NCBI GenBank assembly: GCA_000146465.1
Contig: CP001949.1
DNA: 64,000 nt
Reading direction: 5' to 3' (one strand)
Below are positions 39,563 to 50,888 of the stretch, in pieces. The number at the start of each line of letters is the position of its first letter. Position 1 is the stretch's first letter. The position numbers were made by a program, and so were the translations under genes. The notes beneath the pieces are model-generated. The model did not search any database and had not been told where the DNA came from. It saw nothing but the letters and a program-made list of their open reading frames with translations.

Positions 39563-40564
39563 ATGTACAGTCATGTCTGTCAAGGTTTTCAATGTATTCG
39601 ACTACACCCCATTTCTCCAGACGACCTGTTGGATAAGCTTCAACCCAGAATCCCGATTGGTGAGCTACAAACTCAAAACAAAGGATCTTCCAGACTAACG
39701 ATGAGGTTTCCTACCATAACAGTGGATAGAGAAAGAGACTTCAACACACACTTTGCATTCCCTCGAGACATATATCTCCTGATGGCTCTTTCTCTGATGA
39801 TTGTGATGGTTAAGAATTTGATGATTCTCCCTATGGCGTCTACCTTAATCAAGAGATTTGGTATGGAAAAGAGTTTAGAGTTTGAGAGAAAGAAGAAGTT
39901 CTCTATTTCTCTTTGGAAGGCTTTGTTTTATTCTTTCACATCGATTTATGGATACTTTGTAATAAGGAGTGAACCAGAAGCTTACACCATGGAAAACCTC
40001 ATAGGAACTTGGGGGATTCACAGGACTCCTTCTAAAGTCTTATTCTATTATTATCTGGAGTTTACATATTACTTTGTTGAGCTATTTTATCTCTTTAGTG
40101 AGCATATGTATAAAGACTTCCTGCAGATGGTTGCTCACCACATTGTGACTATGCTTCTTCTGTTTCTGTCTTATCACAAGGACCTGCTACGCCCGGGTGT
40201 TATCATCATAGCTATACATGACATATCAGACCCATTTTTAGAAATCAGCAAACTTATAAACTACATTCGTTATAAGCCTCTGGCCACAAACATATTCATA
40301 TGCTTTGCCGGGGTCTTTTTTGTTTCTAGGATAGGAATCTACACACCTCTTATTACATTTCCTATATGCATCACCATATGGGAACATGAATTTGGCCGAG
40401 TCCTGACCTTTATCTCTGTGTTATTACAAGGATTGGTATGCATGCATGTTATATGGTTCTGGATAATTCTAAAGATGATAAAGAAGATTGTTCGCAAAGA
40501 AGAGTTTGAAGACATTAGATCTGTCAAGCCCCAGGGCTCTTCCATTCATATCAAGTGCAAGTAA
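39563..40564 (+). CDS. LAG1: Ceramide synthase (Lag1/Lac1, TLC domain)
   Basis: Lag1p motif HHIVTMLLLFLSY...GVIIIAIHDISDPFLEISKLINY. The true start is probably an internal Met. Confidence 0.75.
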   Translation: MYSHVCQGFQCIRLHPISPDDLLDKLQPRIPIGELQTQNKGSSRLTMRFPTITVDRERDFNTHFAFPRDIYLLMALSLMIVMVKNLMILPMASTLIKRFGMEKSLEFERKKKFSISLWKALFYSFTSIYGYFVIRSEPEAYTMENLIGTWGIHRTPSKVLFYYYLEFTYYFVELFYLFSEHMYKDFLQMVAHHIVTMLLLFLSYHKDLLRPGVIIIAIHDISDPFLEISKLINYIRYKPLATNIFICFAGVFFVSRIGIYTPLITFPICITIWEHEFGRVLTFISVLLQGLVCMHVIWFWIILKMIKKIVRKEEFEDIRSVKPQGSSIHIKCK

Positions 40565-40611
40565 ACACACAAGTTCAGGTTAGATATTCAGGTGGGGTTG
40601 CCCCTCGGTAG

Positions 40612-41358
40612 ATGATCATGGTACTTTTGGTGTATCAGCTAGTACTTGCAATAGAGACTTGCAGGTTTGTGAAGTACTTCTGTGACGAGCAGGGAATAAA
40701 GGTTCCCGAACAAATAATGGACGATTACAACGAAGCAGAAGGAGAGTTTGGAAACGATCCAGAGTCCTTTGATTTCATATTTCACAATGGAGGCGAAATG
40801 GACATTTTCCAATACAAGATTGGAGTAGAGCTGGTTGCGTCGGTGTTCCTGGTCAGAAGGACATTCTACATGATAGTAGATGAAGAACCTGTGGGGAGAA
40901 GTGTTGTTTTGCTTTACACAATGTATGTTTCGAAAAAATATCGAGGAAAGGGATACTCAAAAAGAATCCTGAAGGATGCTTTAGACTCTCTGAATAGCCA
41001 TTACGGAATGAACGGAGACTTCTTGGTGGTCTTACATTTGGATCCAAAGGATAGAGATATGGCCCTTGCCTTTTCTTTATACTACAACCTCAACTTCAGG
41101 AATGGAGGGTTTTCAATGACAGGTCCAGGGGAAAAGCAATATTTCCTGGAGGAAATTCTTGAATATAGAGATCCCTGCGACGCAGTTGATAAATACAATG
41201 AGAAAAGAGATAAAGGGCTACACATGATAATGTTCTGTGAATACTCAAAGCTTTTTACATGTAAGAAGATTCCATATGAGCGATTAATGGAGTATGGATC
41301 AAGGCTGAAGAGCATTTTGAGGAGTAATAAGCCGGTGGAAACCCAATCTATGTCATGA
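40612..41358 (+). CDS. GNAT-family N-acetyltransferase-like protein
   Basis: Acetyl-CoA binding-like segment LLYTMYVSKKYRGKGYSKRILKDAL. Confidence 0.4.
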   Translation: MIMVLLVYQLVLAIETCRFVKYFCDEQGIKVPEQIMDDYNEAEGEFGNDPESFDFIFHNGGEMDIFQYKIGVELVASVFLVRRTFYMIVDEEPVGRSVVLLYTMYVSKKYRGKGYSKRILKDALDSLNSHYGMNGDFLVVLHLDPKDRDMALAFSLYYNLNFRNGGFSMTGPGEKQYFLEEILEYRDPCDAVDKYNEKRDKGLHMIMFCEYSKLFTCKKIPYERLMEYGSRLKSILRSNKPVETQSMS

Positions 41359-41438
41359 AACAAAGAACAGGGAGACATCAAACTTCTGAAACAGACAAAA
41401 AACAGAAGGATATATAACCTGAGATGAGTTAAACAACA

Positions 41439-41843
41439 ATGAAAGCAATTTTCTTGATTATGTTGTTAATTTATGGAATTCAAGGGATAGAGATAGAATG
41501 GAGTATTTCGGAGAAGGATACTGATTACGAAAAGATCATAAGGGAAGAGAAATGTGTTCTGTTCATCAAAAAGTTCTGCCCTTTCAGTATTAAAGCAAGG
41601 GAGCTGCTGTATAATAAGGGCATTTCCTGTAAGATTATCCCGGTAGACGGGCGGATCAAGCCCTACAATTTCGCGAAGACCTACCAGAGTACATTCCCTG
41701 TCTTCTTCTTCAATGGAACCTTTATCGAAGGAGGCTATCAAAAGCTCAAAGATCTTTCTATTCACAAACTTCCCCCATTTGACCAATCCCCCCTGTTTAC
41801 AGAGGGTAGTTATGAAGCTTCTTTTAGATCAAAGATCAAGTAA
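41439..41843 (+). CDS. Glutaredoxin with an N-terminal signal peptide and a CPFS active site
   Basis: Hydrophobic N-terminus, the active-site Cys in the CPFS motif, and a Grx C-terminal TFPVFFFNGTFIEGG motif. Confidence 0.6.
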   Translation: MKAIFLIMLLIYGIQGIEIEWSISEKDTDYEKIIREEKCVLFIKKFCPFSIKARELLYNKGISCKIIPVDGRIKPYNFAKTYQSTFPVFFFNGTFIEGGYQKLKDLSIHKLPPFDQSPLFTEGSYEASFRSKIK

Positions 41844-41849
41844 AGTCCT

Positions 41850-42272
41850 TTATTTTTCGTTTGCATCTTTGTTTTCTGTTTTTGTATGCTCCTCCTTGTA
41901 CTTTTTTAAAAAGTCCACAACATTTTCAACCTTCTTCCCGTCCTCGTACAACAAAGGAATCTCCCCGCCGTTTTTAGAAATCGCAGTGCTATAAAGATCC
42001 AGATTCTCCTCCACGTAGAACGGTTGATAAGGCACGCCGAGGCTCTTAAGAGTATCTTCTAATTGTCTACTTTGATTACAGTTCTGCTCAAGCACCGCAA
42101 CAATTCCAGGTCCCTTAAGCTTCTCACCTATGGTACTCGTCTCAAACCCACCTGTACGTTTGGCAGCTTCAAACCCCACAGCTTTTTGCCCTGTGACTTC
42201 CATTGTCTTCGTATATACAACTCCTACACTTACAACCAGTGCAATATAATGGAAAAAGTGGAGAGATTTCAT
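41850..42272 (-). CDS. Glutaredoxin-like protein with a signal peptide and a CNQS active site
   Basis: Started at the internal MKSLHFF signal-peptide Met. Contains GIVAVLEQNCNQS and GGEIPLLYEDGKKV in a Grx-like arrangement. Confidence 0.5.
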   Translation of the reverse strand: MKSLHFFHYIALVVSVGVVYTKTMEVTGQKAVGFEAAKRTGGFETSTIGEKLKGPGIVAVLEQNCNQSRQLEDTLKSLGVPYQPFYVEENLDLYSTAISKNGGEIPLLYEDGKKVENVVDFLKKYKEEHTKTENKDANEK

Positions 42273-42468
42273 CTTTCCTAATAAGGAAATTGGGGTTAAA
42301 TAAATTTTCTCATACAATGTTTTAATATCTAAAACGCAATAAAATCGATAAGACATCTATCACCTTACGGAGTTGAGTCAACAGATAAGAAACTCCTACT
42401 CTTAAACGGATTTGATCAGACTGGTTTAATTTATTATTTAATGAATACAGGCTTCTTAAGAAATCATG

Positions 42469-43158
42469 CTAAATCCTCTCACGGGACAAATCCAAGAGAG
42501 CATTAACTGCAATCACCTCAAAATCCTCCAAGTCTATCTCGTGCTCATCTCTTTCTTTTGTTTGCATTTCTATGGCGTCCTTTTCTCGCTCCTCCGAATT
42601 TGATACCTTTTCTTTACCTTCCGATCCAATCATAAATTGTGGAATCTTCCCAGGTCTTTTGTCGAAGTGCCTCCTAATCAAGGACGTTGCGGCTGTGTTT
42701 GTATCGTGTCTATAGTTTCCTCTACTCCCCGAAAGTGTTCTTCTTTCGTCCCTGGGTCCTCCAAAGTCGTCATAGAACACATCCTTATCAGAATCTACCG
42801 ATATAATTTCTCTATTCCGCTTGAAGCCATCGTGTTTCATTTGGTAATCTGATGGCTTTGCTCCCAAGTTCCTTTGGTTTTCCTCTTGGTATATATTGGA
42901 TTGGTCTTGAACTCCGCTTCGATGCTCATGGAGAGTCCATCCAGTCGCTCTGTGGCCATTGCCTGTTTCCTCCACAACTCTTCTGCATCTTACTCTCGAC
43001 TTTCCGGAATCCGCTTTGAAATTTGTAGGTCTCTTCCTCCCGTGTATCTTGTAGTAAAGTCCACATGCATTACAGAGATAGCTTCCATCCTCTGCCCTCC
43101 TCCATAAAGGTGTAGCTGTGGTGTTACAGTTGCTGCAAAAGCCTTGTTTGGATAACAT
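42469..43158 (-). CDS. GATA-type zinc-finger transcription factor
   Basis: [37 protein letters not shown]. Confidence 0.85.
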   Translation of the reverse strand: MLSKQGFCSNCNTTATPLWRRAEDGSYLCNACGLYYKIHGRKRPTNFKADSGKSRVRCRRVVEETGNGHRATGWTLHEHRSGVQDQSNIYQEENQRNLGAKPSDYQMKHDGFKRNREIISVDSDKDVFYDDFGGPRDERRTLSGSRGNYRHDTNTAATSLIRRHFDKRPGKIPQFMIGSEGKEKVSNSEEREKDAIEMQTKERDEHEIDLEDFEVIAVNALLDLSRERI

Positions 43159-43365
43159 TCTTAGGGTGACATCTATTCTATCTGTTTTAGAGAGGGATCG
43201 AGGAAAGATTCATCAGGACATCCCTAGCACATTTGGGTTTTCTTCTTATATTAACTTGTTTTAGAATATCAAAGTTTGACAGCTCGGTGGGCGTTATTTA
43301 ATCCACACATCCGGCTTACAGCAGACGCCTGTACGTTAAATTGGAAATCATACACTAAATTAGAA

Positions 43366-44127
43366 TTACAAGATATGAACTCTTCGTCGTTCACGTCTTT
43401 CTCGAGAATGGCCTGTAGATATCCTGCTTCGGCAGATAGGACAGGCCAAGTTCCTGAGAAACCATTTGTCAACACATTCCTTGTGGAATGCATGGCCACA
43501 GCCAAGATTCCGAACATATCCCCCTTCTTCGAAGTCCTCTAAGCAAATAATGCAGCCTTTGTTGATGAACTCTTGGCTGGAGTAGGGACATAACAGTATT
43601 TTTTCTATTTCTTTGCTGGAGAGTCCTTCTACTTCTTCTATTCCAAAAGATAAAAACAAATAGAACACTATTGCAGCCACCAGAACAATTGGTATGTGAA
43701 GAAAGACCTGAATTGCAAGAGGGATCTTAACCTCAATGCTCTTGATCTTTATTTCTGGAGAATGGCCTAGGTTTCTTTGGCTATCCTGGCTCAGAATTGC
43801 CTTAAGCATAGAAAAGTCAAAGGACATGGTTCCAAAAGTGATGTTTTTCGACATCTCTTCGGTCCTTGAATTTATATTCTCTTTGTCTTCGATCCGGTAT
43901 ATCTCTAGACTATCCATCCAATAGTCCTTTCCCTCTCCCTCCTGCTTTGCTAAGTGTCCAAACAATTTGGGGATGGCTCGGGTCTCTATCTTGACATCTT
44001 TCAGAGTCAGCTTCTCTCCCAAGCAACTTCCCTCATCAATTGCATAAAGCGGCATGTACACACTTACGTCGAACATCTGGAGAATCACATATGCACTTAT
44101 TCTATAGACACTCATCTGTAAACACAT
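43366..44127 (-). CDS. Membrane-anchored RING-H2 E3 ubiquitin ligase
   Basis: Transmembrane helix followed by CIICLEDFEEGGYVRNLGCGHAFHKECVDKWFLRNLACPICR. Confidence 0.75.
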   Translation of the reverse strand: MCLQMSVYRISAYVILQMFDVSVYMPLYAIDEGSCLGEKLTLKDVKIETRAIPKLFGHLAKQEGEGKDYWMDSLEIYRIEDKENINSRTEEMSKNITFGTMSFDFSMLKAILSQDSQRNLGHSPEIKIKSIEVKIPLAIQVFLHIPIVLVAAIVFYLFLSFGIEEVEGLSSKEIEKILLCPYSSQEFINKGCIICLEDFEEGGYVRNLGCGHAFHKECVDKWFLRNLACPICRSRISTGHSRERRERRRVHIL

Positions 44128-44244
44128 CCAAAACTCTTTTATTTAGTCTCTGATACCCGGTTTCATCCGCCAGAGTTCTATACCGGATTTCTGTGGCAGA
44201 GGAAGCCCTAGATAATAGTTCTCTATACAGTATGGAAGTACTGC

Positions 44245-45687
44245 TTGCATCACCAAACAAAGAGGTACAAAATAAAACCCATAAGAAATCCGATGGCAAG
44301 GCTGGTGTACTCGGCATCTTCCAAGAGGATATCATGGGAAACAGAGTCTGGTGTTGCTACGCTTTGCTGTGTAGGAACTACAGATAAAAAGCCCGACTCA
44401 AAACAGATTGAATTCCAGACAATCTTGGGAATTCTCCAGGTGGAGAAAAACGAATACTGCGAGGAGTTCCTTGCATGTGTTACTAAAAGCACACTCACCG
44501 GTTTGTACGATGGGATCGAAATATACAAGATTGACAAAATCAGGTTTCTGAATATCAATGAGCCTGACAGGGCAGATGAGATTATGTCCCAAGTTAAGGG
44601 GTTTATGCAGTCCCATGATTTTTATTACTTTTCGGCATCTTTATTCATAGAAGATGAATTTGTGTGGAACAAACACATGAAAGACAATCTCCTGAAATAC
44701 TTTGGGCCAAATCCTCACCGATGGATCCTTTCACACCGGCCCGAAAGACAGTCTCTTAATCTCGGGATCTCAACACTTTTCTGTGGGTTTTTTGCAGCCA
44801 AGGCATTCAAGGTGTCGGAAGATTTCTATCATATGAAGCTTCTCTCGCTGGTGTCCTCAAGTAGAGTTGGGACAAGGTATTTATGTAGAGGTATTGACAA
44901 TGAAGGAAATGCATCTCTTTTTGTAAAGACACATTTTTTAACAAAGAGGAACAATATTACAATATTTGATTTCACCATAATCAGAGGGTCGGTTCCAATC
45001 TTCTGGAATCAGATGGAGTATGGAATCTCCACAAAAATAAACATTTATGGAGACGAGGATGGAGTGCGAAAGGCATTTGCAAAGCATTTCAAGAAGCTCA
45101 AGAGGGAATATGGAAAAGTACATGTAATCAATCTTCTAGGAGAAAAAAAACATGAAAAGCAGCTTACCTTGCACTTCAATAGACTCTTAGACCTCGAGGA
45201 CATCCCACATACAACGTTTGATTTAAATGCTCATGCAAACAACTACGACGATCTGAAGTTTCTTCTTTACTTCAAGCTGCAAAGTATCGATATGAAGGAT
45301 ACAGTCTTCCGAGTAAACTGCTTGGATTGTTTGGATAGGACAAACGTTGCACAGTCTTTGATATGCATGTTCTATTTCGAAAAAGTCGTAAGGAGCGAGG
45401 AAGTCCTGAAGAAGATGCAGGAATGCTGGGCAGACAATGGAAATTCACTAAGCAACTTATATACGGGGTCTGATGCAATGAAGAGAGAACTGGCTCTTAA
45501 GGGCAGGAGATCGTTTATTGGATACATGGATGATTTTGTCATTTCTGCAACACGGCTTATAAATGGAAGGTTTACCGATAGACAAAAGCACAGCATTATC
45601 AATGTTTTATTGGAAAAGAAGGAGGACTCAGAAGAGATAGGGGCTCTTAGCCTTGATATGGAAATCATTAATAGGCCTATATCTTGA
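44245..45687 (+). CDS. SAC1: SAC-domain phosphoinositide phosphatase (Sac1-like)
   Basis: Catalytic CX5R(T/S) motif RVNCLDCLDRTNVAQS. Confidence 0.85.
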   Translation: MHHQTKRYKIKPIRNPMARLVYSASSKRISWETESGVATLCCVGTTDKKPDSKQIEFQTILGILQVEKNEYCEEFLACVTKSTLTGLYDGIEIYKIDKIRFLNINEPDRADEIMSQVKGFMQSHDFYYFSASLFIEDEFVWNKHMKDNLLKYFGPNPHRWILSHRPERQSLNLGISTLFCGFFAAKAFKVSEDFYHMKLLSLVSSSRVGTRYLCRGIDNEGNASLFVKTHFLTKRNNITIFDFTIIRGSVPIFWNQMEYGISTKINIYGDEDGVRKAFAKHFKKLKREYGKVHVINLLGEKKHEKQLTLHFNRLLDLEDIPHTTFDLNAHANNYDDLKFLLYFKLQSIDMKDTVFRVNCLDCLDRTNVAQSLICMFYFEKVVRSEEVLKKMQECWADNGNSLSNLYTGSDAMKRELALKGRRSFIGYMDDFVISATRLINGRFTDRQKHSIINVLLEKKEDSEEIGALSLDMEIINRPIS

Positions 45688-45697
45688 TTAAACCCTC

Positions 45698-45970
45698 TTA
45701 AAGATGCTGCTTTACATATTCAATGGCCCTCTCAAGAACGTTTATGTCGACTCCACTCAGTCCGCCAACAAAGATTGTCCTCAGAATCCCAGACCTAAAC
45801 ATTCCATACATACGTACCCATGACCCTATATCCAGCTGCTTCTCGGTGGCCATGATGATGCTCCTCTCCTTGAATACCACCTTGTATCTCCCACTTCCAA
45901 GCCTACTCTCAACCTTTCCAAAGGAGTATATGGTTTTTCCCTCTATAGGTCTGTCCAAAAGGCTCAACAT
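45698..45970 (-). CDS. Small OB-fold-like protein, possibly RPA14/Ten1-type
   Basis: 90-aa ORF; the assignment is speculative. Confidence 0.25.
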   Translation of the reverse strand: MLSLLDRPIEGKTIYSFGKVESRLGSGRYKVVFKERSIIMATEKQLDIGSWVRMYGMFRSGILRTIFVGGLSGVDINVLERAIEYVKQHL

Positions 45971-45993
45971 CTGAAAGTTTCAAAATAAGGTGA

Positions 45994-46836
45994 TTGGTTC
46001 CAAAATGTTCAAATAGAAGCCATCCCTTTAACAGGAAAATGAGCATCAAAGCCCATGAGTCTTGTTCCGATCAGCTTAGAACAAGGTTTGTGATGTTTTT
46101 GCATATCAAAATGTACATAGGAACCTTGATGTATTGCCTGCTACTTGTCAAAACGTTTTATGGATCCCTGTGTCTTGTGCTCTTGGTTGTGGCCAACTCT
46201 TTGTCGTTTCTGAAGGCGTGTCTGAACGACCCGGGAAGAGTGAATAAAAAGACATATCATAAGTACCTGCCGGATGTGGTTGCATTTGAAAAGAACATCT
46301 CGACGCAGATATGCACCAACAAGAATGGGGATTGGATAAGAGCCATAAGGATCAACGGAACCGAGTATGAGGAAAAGTATTGTTTGGAATGTAATTTATT
46401 TCGTATTGGAGGGATGTCCCATTGTAGAGAATGCAACAGATGCATCTTAGACATGGACCATCATTGCCTATGGTTTGGAAATTGCATAGGCAGAAATAAT
46501 ATAAGGCACTTCCATATCTATCTGTACACTTTGGTTGCTGTTATCTTGGTGAATGCAGCATTGCTGTATAGCTTGATAGCCATATATCCCTGGAGAAATA
46601 CTCCACCCGGGCTAGCACTCAAAACCTTCTTATTTCTCCTTGCAGTGTTATATACCTTGTTTTTCTGTGTTATCTTTCTATTCACGGCCTTCAACATATA
46701 TGTGGCCTTGAATTCTTCAACATCAAAGGACTTCATCAAGAACGGCCTGAAAAACAAAAGGTTCGATCTTAAGAGAGCCTGCAGAAATCTCTCGAGAATC
46801 AGGCCAGAGATGTCTTCTTCTCAGCCATCGGTGTAA
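45994..46836 (+). CDS. DHHC-type palmitoyltransferase
   Basis: CLECNLFRIGGMSHCRECNRCILDMDHHCLWFGNCIG plus flanking transmembrane helices. Confidence 0.85.
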   Translation: MVPKCSNRSHPFNRKMSIKAHESCSDQLRTRFVMFLHIKMYIGTLMYCLLLVKTFYGSLCLVLLVVANSLSFLKACLNDPGRVNKKTYHKYLPDVVAFEKNISTQICTNKNGDWIRAIRINGTEYEEKYCLECNLFRIGGMSHCRECNRCILDMDHHCLWFGNCIGRNNIRHFHIYLYTLVAVILVNAALLYSLIAIYPWRNTPPGLALKTFLFLLAVLYTLFFCVIFLFTAFNIYVALNSSTSKDFIKNGLKNKRFDLKRACRNLSRIRPEMSSSQPSV

Positions 46837-46904
46837 GTTGTGGTTTAAATCTCATTGAAGGCCCATTTGTAGTCCCAAATGTATAAAAAGATTTTCTTGG
46901 ATTT

Positions 46905-48806
46905 CTAGGCAACACTTGAATCATTTTCTGTTTCTGTATCATTGGGTCTACCATCGGCCTGGTAATCTCGCTTGTAGAAGAGTTCTCTGGACGTAAGAAG
47001 CATCGAGTCCTTTGACTTGAACTCGCTACAGTTGTTAAGGTGTTCAAATTCCACTCTGAAGATTGTCCATACAAATCTCCGGGTTATTTCCAGGAATACT
47101 ATCCAGAACACTGGGATCTCAAACCAATAAAAGAATACCCACGAAAATCTACACAGCACATTGAATACTATTCCGCAGCTATACGTACATCTCGGATATA
47201 TCATCTTGCTTCGGATAATGCCCCAGTCCATAAATAGATCCCAAGTGGCAGAGTATATCGATGAGATGGTGATAACCATCATCTTATAGACAAACAATTC
47301 CCATGTTCTTTTTGTCGCATATAAAGGAATAGAAAATCCAGTCAGGATGGCAAAGGAGTACTTAAGGGCATTTGCAATGTGCGGAAACTTAAGACGGGTG
47401 TCTCTATAACGCCTAATACATTGCAAGAACCTTATTATTGCAAAGAAAGAGTTGGCATACCCCTCTACCTTCCAATTGAGATGCCTCCCGCAGAAGAATA
47501 TCTTCTTGAAGCAAGGCGTAAAGCTCTGGCCAACATCTGCAAAGTAGAAATGCCTGAATCTGACAAACGACATAGGAAACACAATTATTCTAAACACGAT
47601 AAGAAGAAGATAGAACCTCGACTCGTAGTGGAGTACTTTAAATGGAATCAAAATTATAAGGAGATGGCCCAGAAGTAGATAATATGGATTAAGATGCAAA
47701 AAGGAAATATTGATCCATGTTCCAACCACATTAGCAAATATCGAGAGGGAAACCAGAAATAGATACTTATCTGAAGTCAGTGACGAGCACATATCGAAGT
47801 TGAAAATAAACTTGTAGTTTATGTGGAATCTTTTGAATATAACGAGAGATGTTCCAAAAAGAAATGCCCCGTACTGTAGAAGTACCATAGAAAAAAACAG
47901 CTCCTTATCCATCTGGCTCTTCCCAAAGTTAATTAGCCCCATCATCCCAAGAGATATCCCTCCCAGTGCACCAGACACATAAGAGATAAGGGGGTCTGCT
48001 TTGGTCTTGACCCTTAATTTCTTGAATACCGTCTTTGCTTTGGCTGGGTTGTCTTTCGCAAACACGCTTCTGTAGAGTTCTTTTACAGACCTGTATATGT
48101 CGTCAATCCGCGAGGATTTGTTGAAGTACGACTCATTAACATTTCTAGAAAAATGCTCATGAAATCTTTCCTGAGGATACGCCTTGTCGTATTTCTTTGA
48201 TAGCTTCATTAGCCCTGTGTAGTTCAACTCCCTAAACCTTTTGATGCTGATCACCGCATGAAGAAACTCTTGTATATTCTTCTCCCTTCTTCTTCTTTCC
48301 AAACGCTTGGAGATCTTGAATATCTCTCCAATGCCCTTTTCGTCTGTTCCTTTCCTTACCTTCTTAATCAAATACTCAAATCTACTGTTCCTATCTTCCG
48401 AGGATGTGCTCGACCCTTTGGAATCCTCATCATCTCCTTCCTCATCAAGCTCCATCTTCATATCCGACTTGACCCTTAGCCGATCCTGCTGGTCATCCCT
48501 CCCCATGCCATAGTCGTCACTTAAACACATGGCTTTCTTTTGTGAATCCCTTATTCTCACTCCAGGGTCCTTTGGAGACTTTTCCTCAGGGGATACCCCG
48601 GCATCGGCAAATATCTCCTCCTTTTCAAGCATAGCCTTCTTTTCCAGTAGAAAAAAGAAATCGTTTATCTTCCGAAGCTCACCATTAATCCGAGTTTTGA
48701 ACTCCTCTCTATCCTGGCTCAACAGGGGTTTGAGGGTTTCATAGGATACATAATTATCCTTCCACTCATCGACTTGGTTTGCCCTCAAAGTGTTGGAAAA
48801 TCTCAT
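46905..48806 (-). CDS. SPX-EXS domain protein (Syg1/Xpr1/Pho1-like phosphate signalling/export)
   Basis: N-terminal SPX (MRFSNTLRANQVDEWKDNYVSYETLK), a multi-TM core and a C-terminal EXS domain (WDLFMDWGI). Trimmed to the Met at 48806. Confidence 0.8.
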   Translation of the reverse strand: MRFSNTLRANQVDEWKDNYVSYETLKPLLSQDREEFKTRINGELRKINDFFFLLEKKAMLEKEEIFADAGVSPEEKSPKDPGVRIRDSQKKAMCLSDDYGMGRDDQQDRLRVKSDMKMELDEEGDDEDSKGSSTSSEDRNSRFEYLIKKVRKGTDEKGIGEIFKISKRLERRRREKNIQEFLHAVISIKRFRELNYTGLMKLSKKYDKAYPQERFHEHFSRNVNESYFNKSSRIDDIYRSVKELYRSVFAKDNPAKAKTVFKKLRVKTKADPLISYVSGALGGISLGMMGLINFGKSQMDKELFFSMVLLQYGAFLFGTSLVIFKRFHINYKFIFNFDMCSSLTSDKYLFLVSLSIFANVVGTWINISFLHLNPYYLLLGHLLIILIPFKVLHYESRFYLLLIVFRIIVFPMSFVRFRHFYFADVGQSFTPCFKKIFFCGRHLNWKVEGYANSFFAIIRFLQCIRRYRDTRLKFPHIANALKYSFAILTGFSIPLYATKRTWELFVYKMMVITISSIYSATWDLFMDWGIIRSKMIYPRCTYSCGIVFNVLCRFSWVFFYWFEIPVFWIVFLEITRRFVWTIFRVEFEHLNNCSEFKSKDSMLLTSRELFYKRDYQADGRPNDTETENDSSVA

Positions 48807-49053
48807 CCTTTTATGGGTGACATATTTTCTCCAATTCAAGTCCAATTGGAAAGAATCGAAAGACAGATGGAAAAGCTTTGCACTGGAATAGGGAGGATGG
48901 TGGAGCAGCATTCCAAGATAGGAAGGTTTCTAATAGCCCAGGAAAAGATATTAACCAGAAGAACACAGACCCTCCAAAACGGAGAGGCGCTTTGAATCCA
49001 GCTCCAAGTTCCATCAAGTTTTTATCTAGCTTCCAAATGACGTCCCACCCCAT

Positions 49054-50346
49054 ATGGAAGACAGCGGATCCAAAGAAACTATTCAAGAAGAGTCTACAAC
49101 AATTATCAAGAACGAACGAACATTCTTCAATCCTGCACAAAAATTCAATCGGGACATATCTGTAGAGATTATCAGGGAATGCTTCAAGGACTCCACTTCT
49201 ATTCGAATTTTGGATGCAATGTCTGCTACGGGGCTACGCGGAATAAGATATCTCAAGGAGATAGAAAACTCCAGAGTTTATCTGAATGACATCTCCCAAT
49301 CTTCTGTCGAGACAATCAAGGCAAACATTCTTCTGAATGGAATCGAGGATGTAGAGTGCTTTGAATCTGTCTTCCAGAATATTAAGACAAGTAAAGATGT
49401 AAGAGCCACTATTACAAAGTCTGACTGCAACGTTTTAATGGCTTCTCTCCCCTGTTTCTTCGATGTCATCGACATAGATCCCTTTGGAAGCTGTTCTGAA
49501 TACATTGACAGTGCGCTACGAGCGATTAGACACAGAGGGATCATATGCCTTACTGCAACAGACAAGGGAGTTCTGTGTTCTAACGAGAGGAAGTGCCTCA
49601 TCAAGTATTCCACAAGTATCATGAAAGGAGTGGGGACAAACGAAGTTCCGTTAAGAACAATTATATCCCTAGTGTCAAGGCAAGCATCTAAATTCGATTG
49701 TAGTGTGGAGCCAGTGGCATCTCTAAGCATTGATTTCTATGTTAGAATATTTCTTCGAATAGTAAGGAGAAATCCAAGGTCCGTGATTGAAAAAAACAGC
49801 CTTTTCTGGATGTGCACCTGCCACAACATCTTTGAAGTTAGAAATGGCGAGGACATTAGCAACAAATGTGATAACTGCAGCAGAAGAATGAAGTTGTGCG
49901 GCCCGTTCTGGAATGGCCCTCTGAACGATATAAATGTCATCCAGGGAGTCTTGAACAGAGCAAAGGAGGATAACAAGAGATTGATTGGAGTGCTAAGGCA
50001 TCTAGAGCAAGAGCTACCAACAATGTTTTATTACGAGATTCCTCGTCTGTGTTCAATACTAGGAATCAGCTCTGTCAAACAATTGAGGGTGATGCATGCG
50101 CTAGCAAATATGGGGTATCGGGTGTCTTACACACATTCGGAGCTGAATGCTATCAAGACAGATGCGCCGATTGGCTTGATAAACAAAGTGCTGTTGCTGA
50201 GCGATGGGAGTAACCAAGAAAAGGCAGAGGTGCTTGGTCTAAAGTTTGAGGGGAATAAAAATATAGAGGCTCTTGAGACCATAGAGTTTTTCAAGGGCCT
50301 TATCAAGTCGGGGATGGGGCCTCTCTCTCTTCCTAAGAAACATTAA
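49054..50346 (+). CDS. TRM1: tRNA (guanine26-N2)-dimethyltransferase Trm1
   Basis: [14 protein letters not shown]...[15 protein letters not shown]...DIDPFGS. Confidence 0.85.
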   Translation: MEDSGSKETIQEESTTIIKNERTFFNPAQKFNRDISVEIIRECFKDSTSIRILDAMSATGLRGIRYLKEIENSRVYLNDISQSSVETIKANILLNGIEDVECFESVFQNIKTSKDVRATITKSDCNVLMASLPCFFDVIDIDPFGSCSEYIDSALRAIRHRGIICLTATDKGVLCSNERKCLIKYSTSIMKGVGTNEVPLRTIISLVSRQASKFDCSVEPVASLSIDFYVRIFLRIVRRNPRSVIEKNSLFWMCTCHNIFEVRNGEDISNKCDNCSRRMKLCGPFWNGPLNDINVIQGVLNRAKEDNKRLIGVLRHLEQELPTMFYYEIPRLCSILGISSVKQLRVMHALANMGYRVSYTHSELNAIKTDAPIGLINKVLLLSDGSNQEKAEVLGLKFEGNKNIEALETIEFFKGLIKSGMGPLSLPKKH

Positions 50347-50390
50347 AGTCTTTTAAGCATACGGGTTTTTCTTTTTCCGATTTCCAGTCC

Positions 50391-50888
50391 ATGGGTATAT
50401 CTCGGCTCTATGTATTGAGTAGGCTAAACAAAACCCTCTGTTATATGTCCTGGAAGTTCCTCAATGTGTTGAAGGAGAGAACAGGAGTGGAAAGCATTAC
50501 TAAAGAACAGGTAAAAGGAATCAAGGAGCTTGTAAGGAAAGCACACGAGTGGGATGAGAAAAAGGCCCGGGAGCATATGAATTTGGTACTGAAGATGCCC
50601 GAGGAGGAGTACTCGAAGCTTTGGAAAATAGACTTATACTCTATAAGCGACTGCGATAAGGAAAAACTCAAGAACCTCGACCAAAAGACGGTGTTCAACA
50701 ATATCATGTGGCTGTCACGCAACGTAGAGAAAATAGATTCAAGTATGAGGAAGTTTCTTGGAATGCATGTCTGGGTGGTAAACTACTGGATTAAAACGGT
50801 TGGGTCGTCAACAGTCCGAAAATTCCTAAGAGAAAACAACTATAGTGGAGAGTTTGTGTACTTCCTGTATAAATACTTTAATCTCTAA
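50391..50888 (+). CDS. Hypothetical protein (165 aa)
   Basis: ORF only; its 3' end overlaps the convergent kinase gene by 11 bp. Confidence 0.35.
   Translation: MGISRLYVLSRLNKTLCYMSWKFLNVLKERTGVESITKEQVKGIKELVRKAHEWDEKKAREHMNLVLKMPEEEYSKLWKIDLYSISDCDKEKLKNLDQKTVFNNIMWLSRNVEKIDSSMRKFLGMHVWVVNYWIKTVGSSTVRKFLRENNYSGEFVYFLYKYFNL

Noticed and set aside
46832-46872. GTAAGT overlapping the DHHC stop codon, with a TTTGTAG 41 nt downstream
   Set aside because: It lacks the CTAAT/TAATTTTAG signature shared by the three convincing introns. Any downstream exon would collide with the 3' end of the convergent SPX-EXS gene at 46905.
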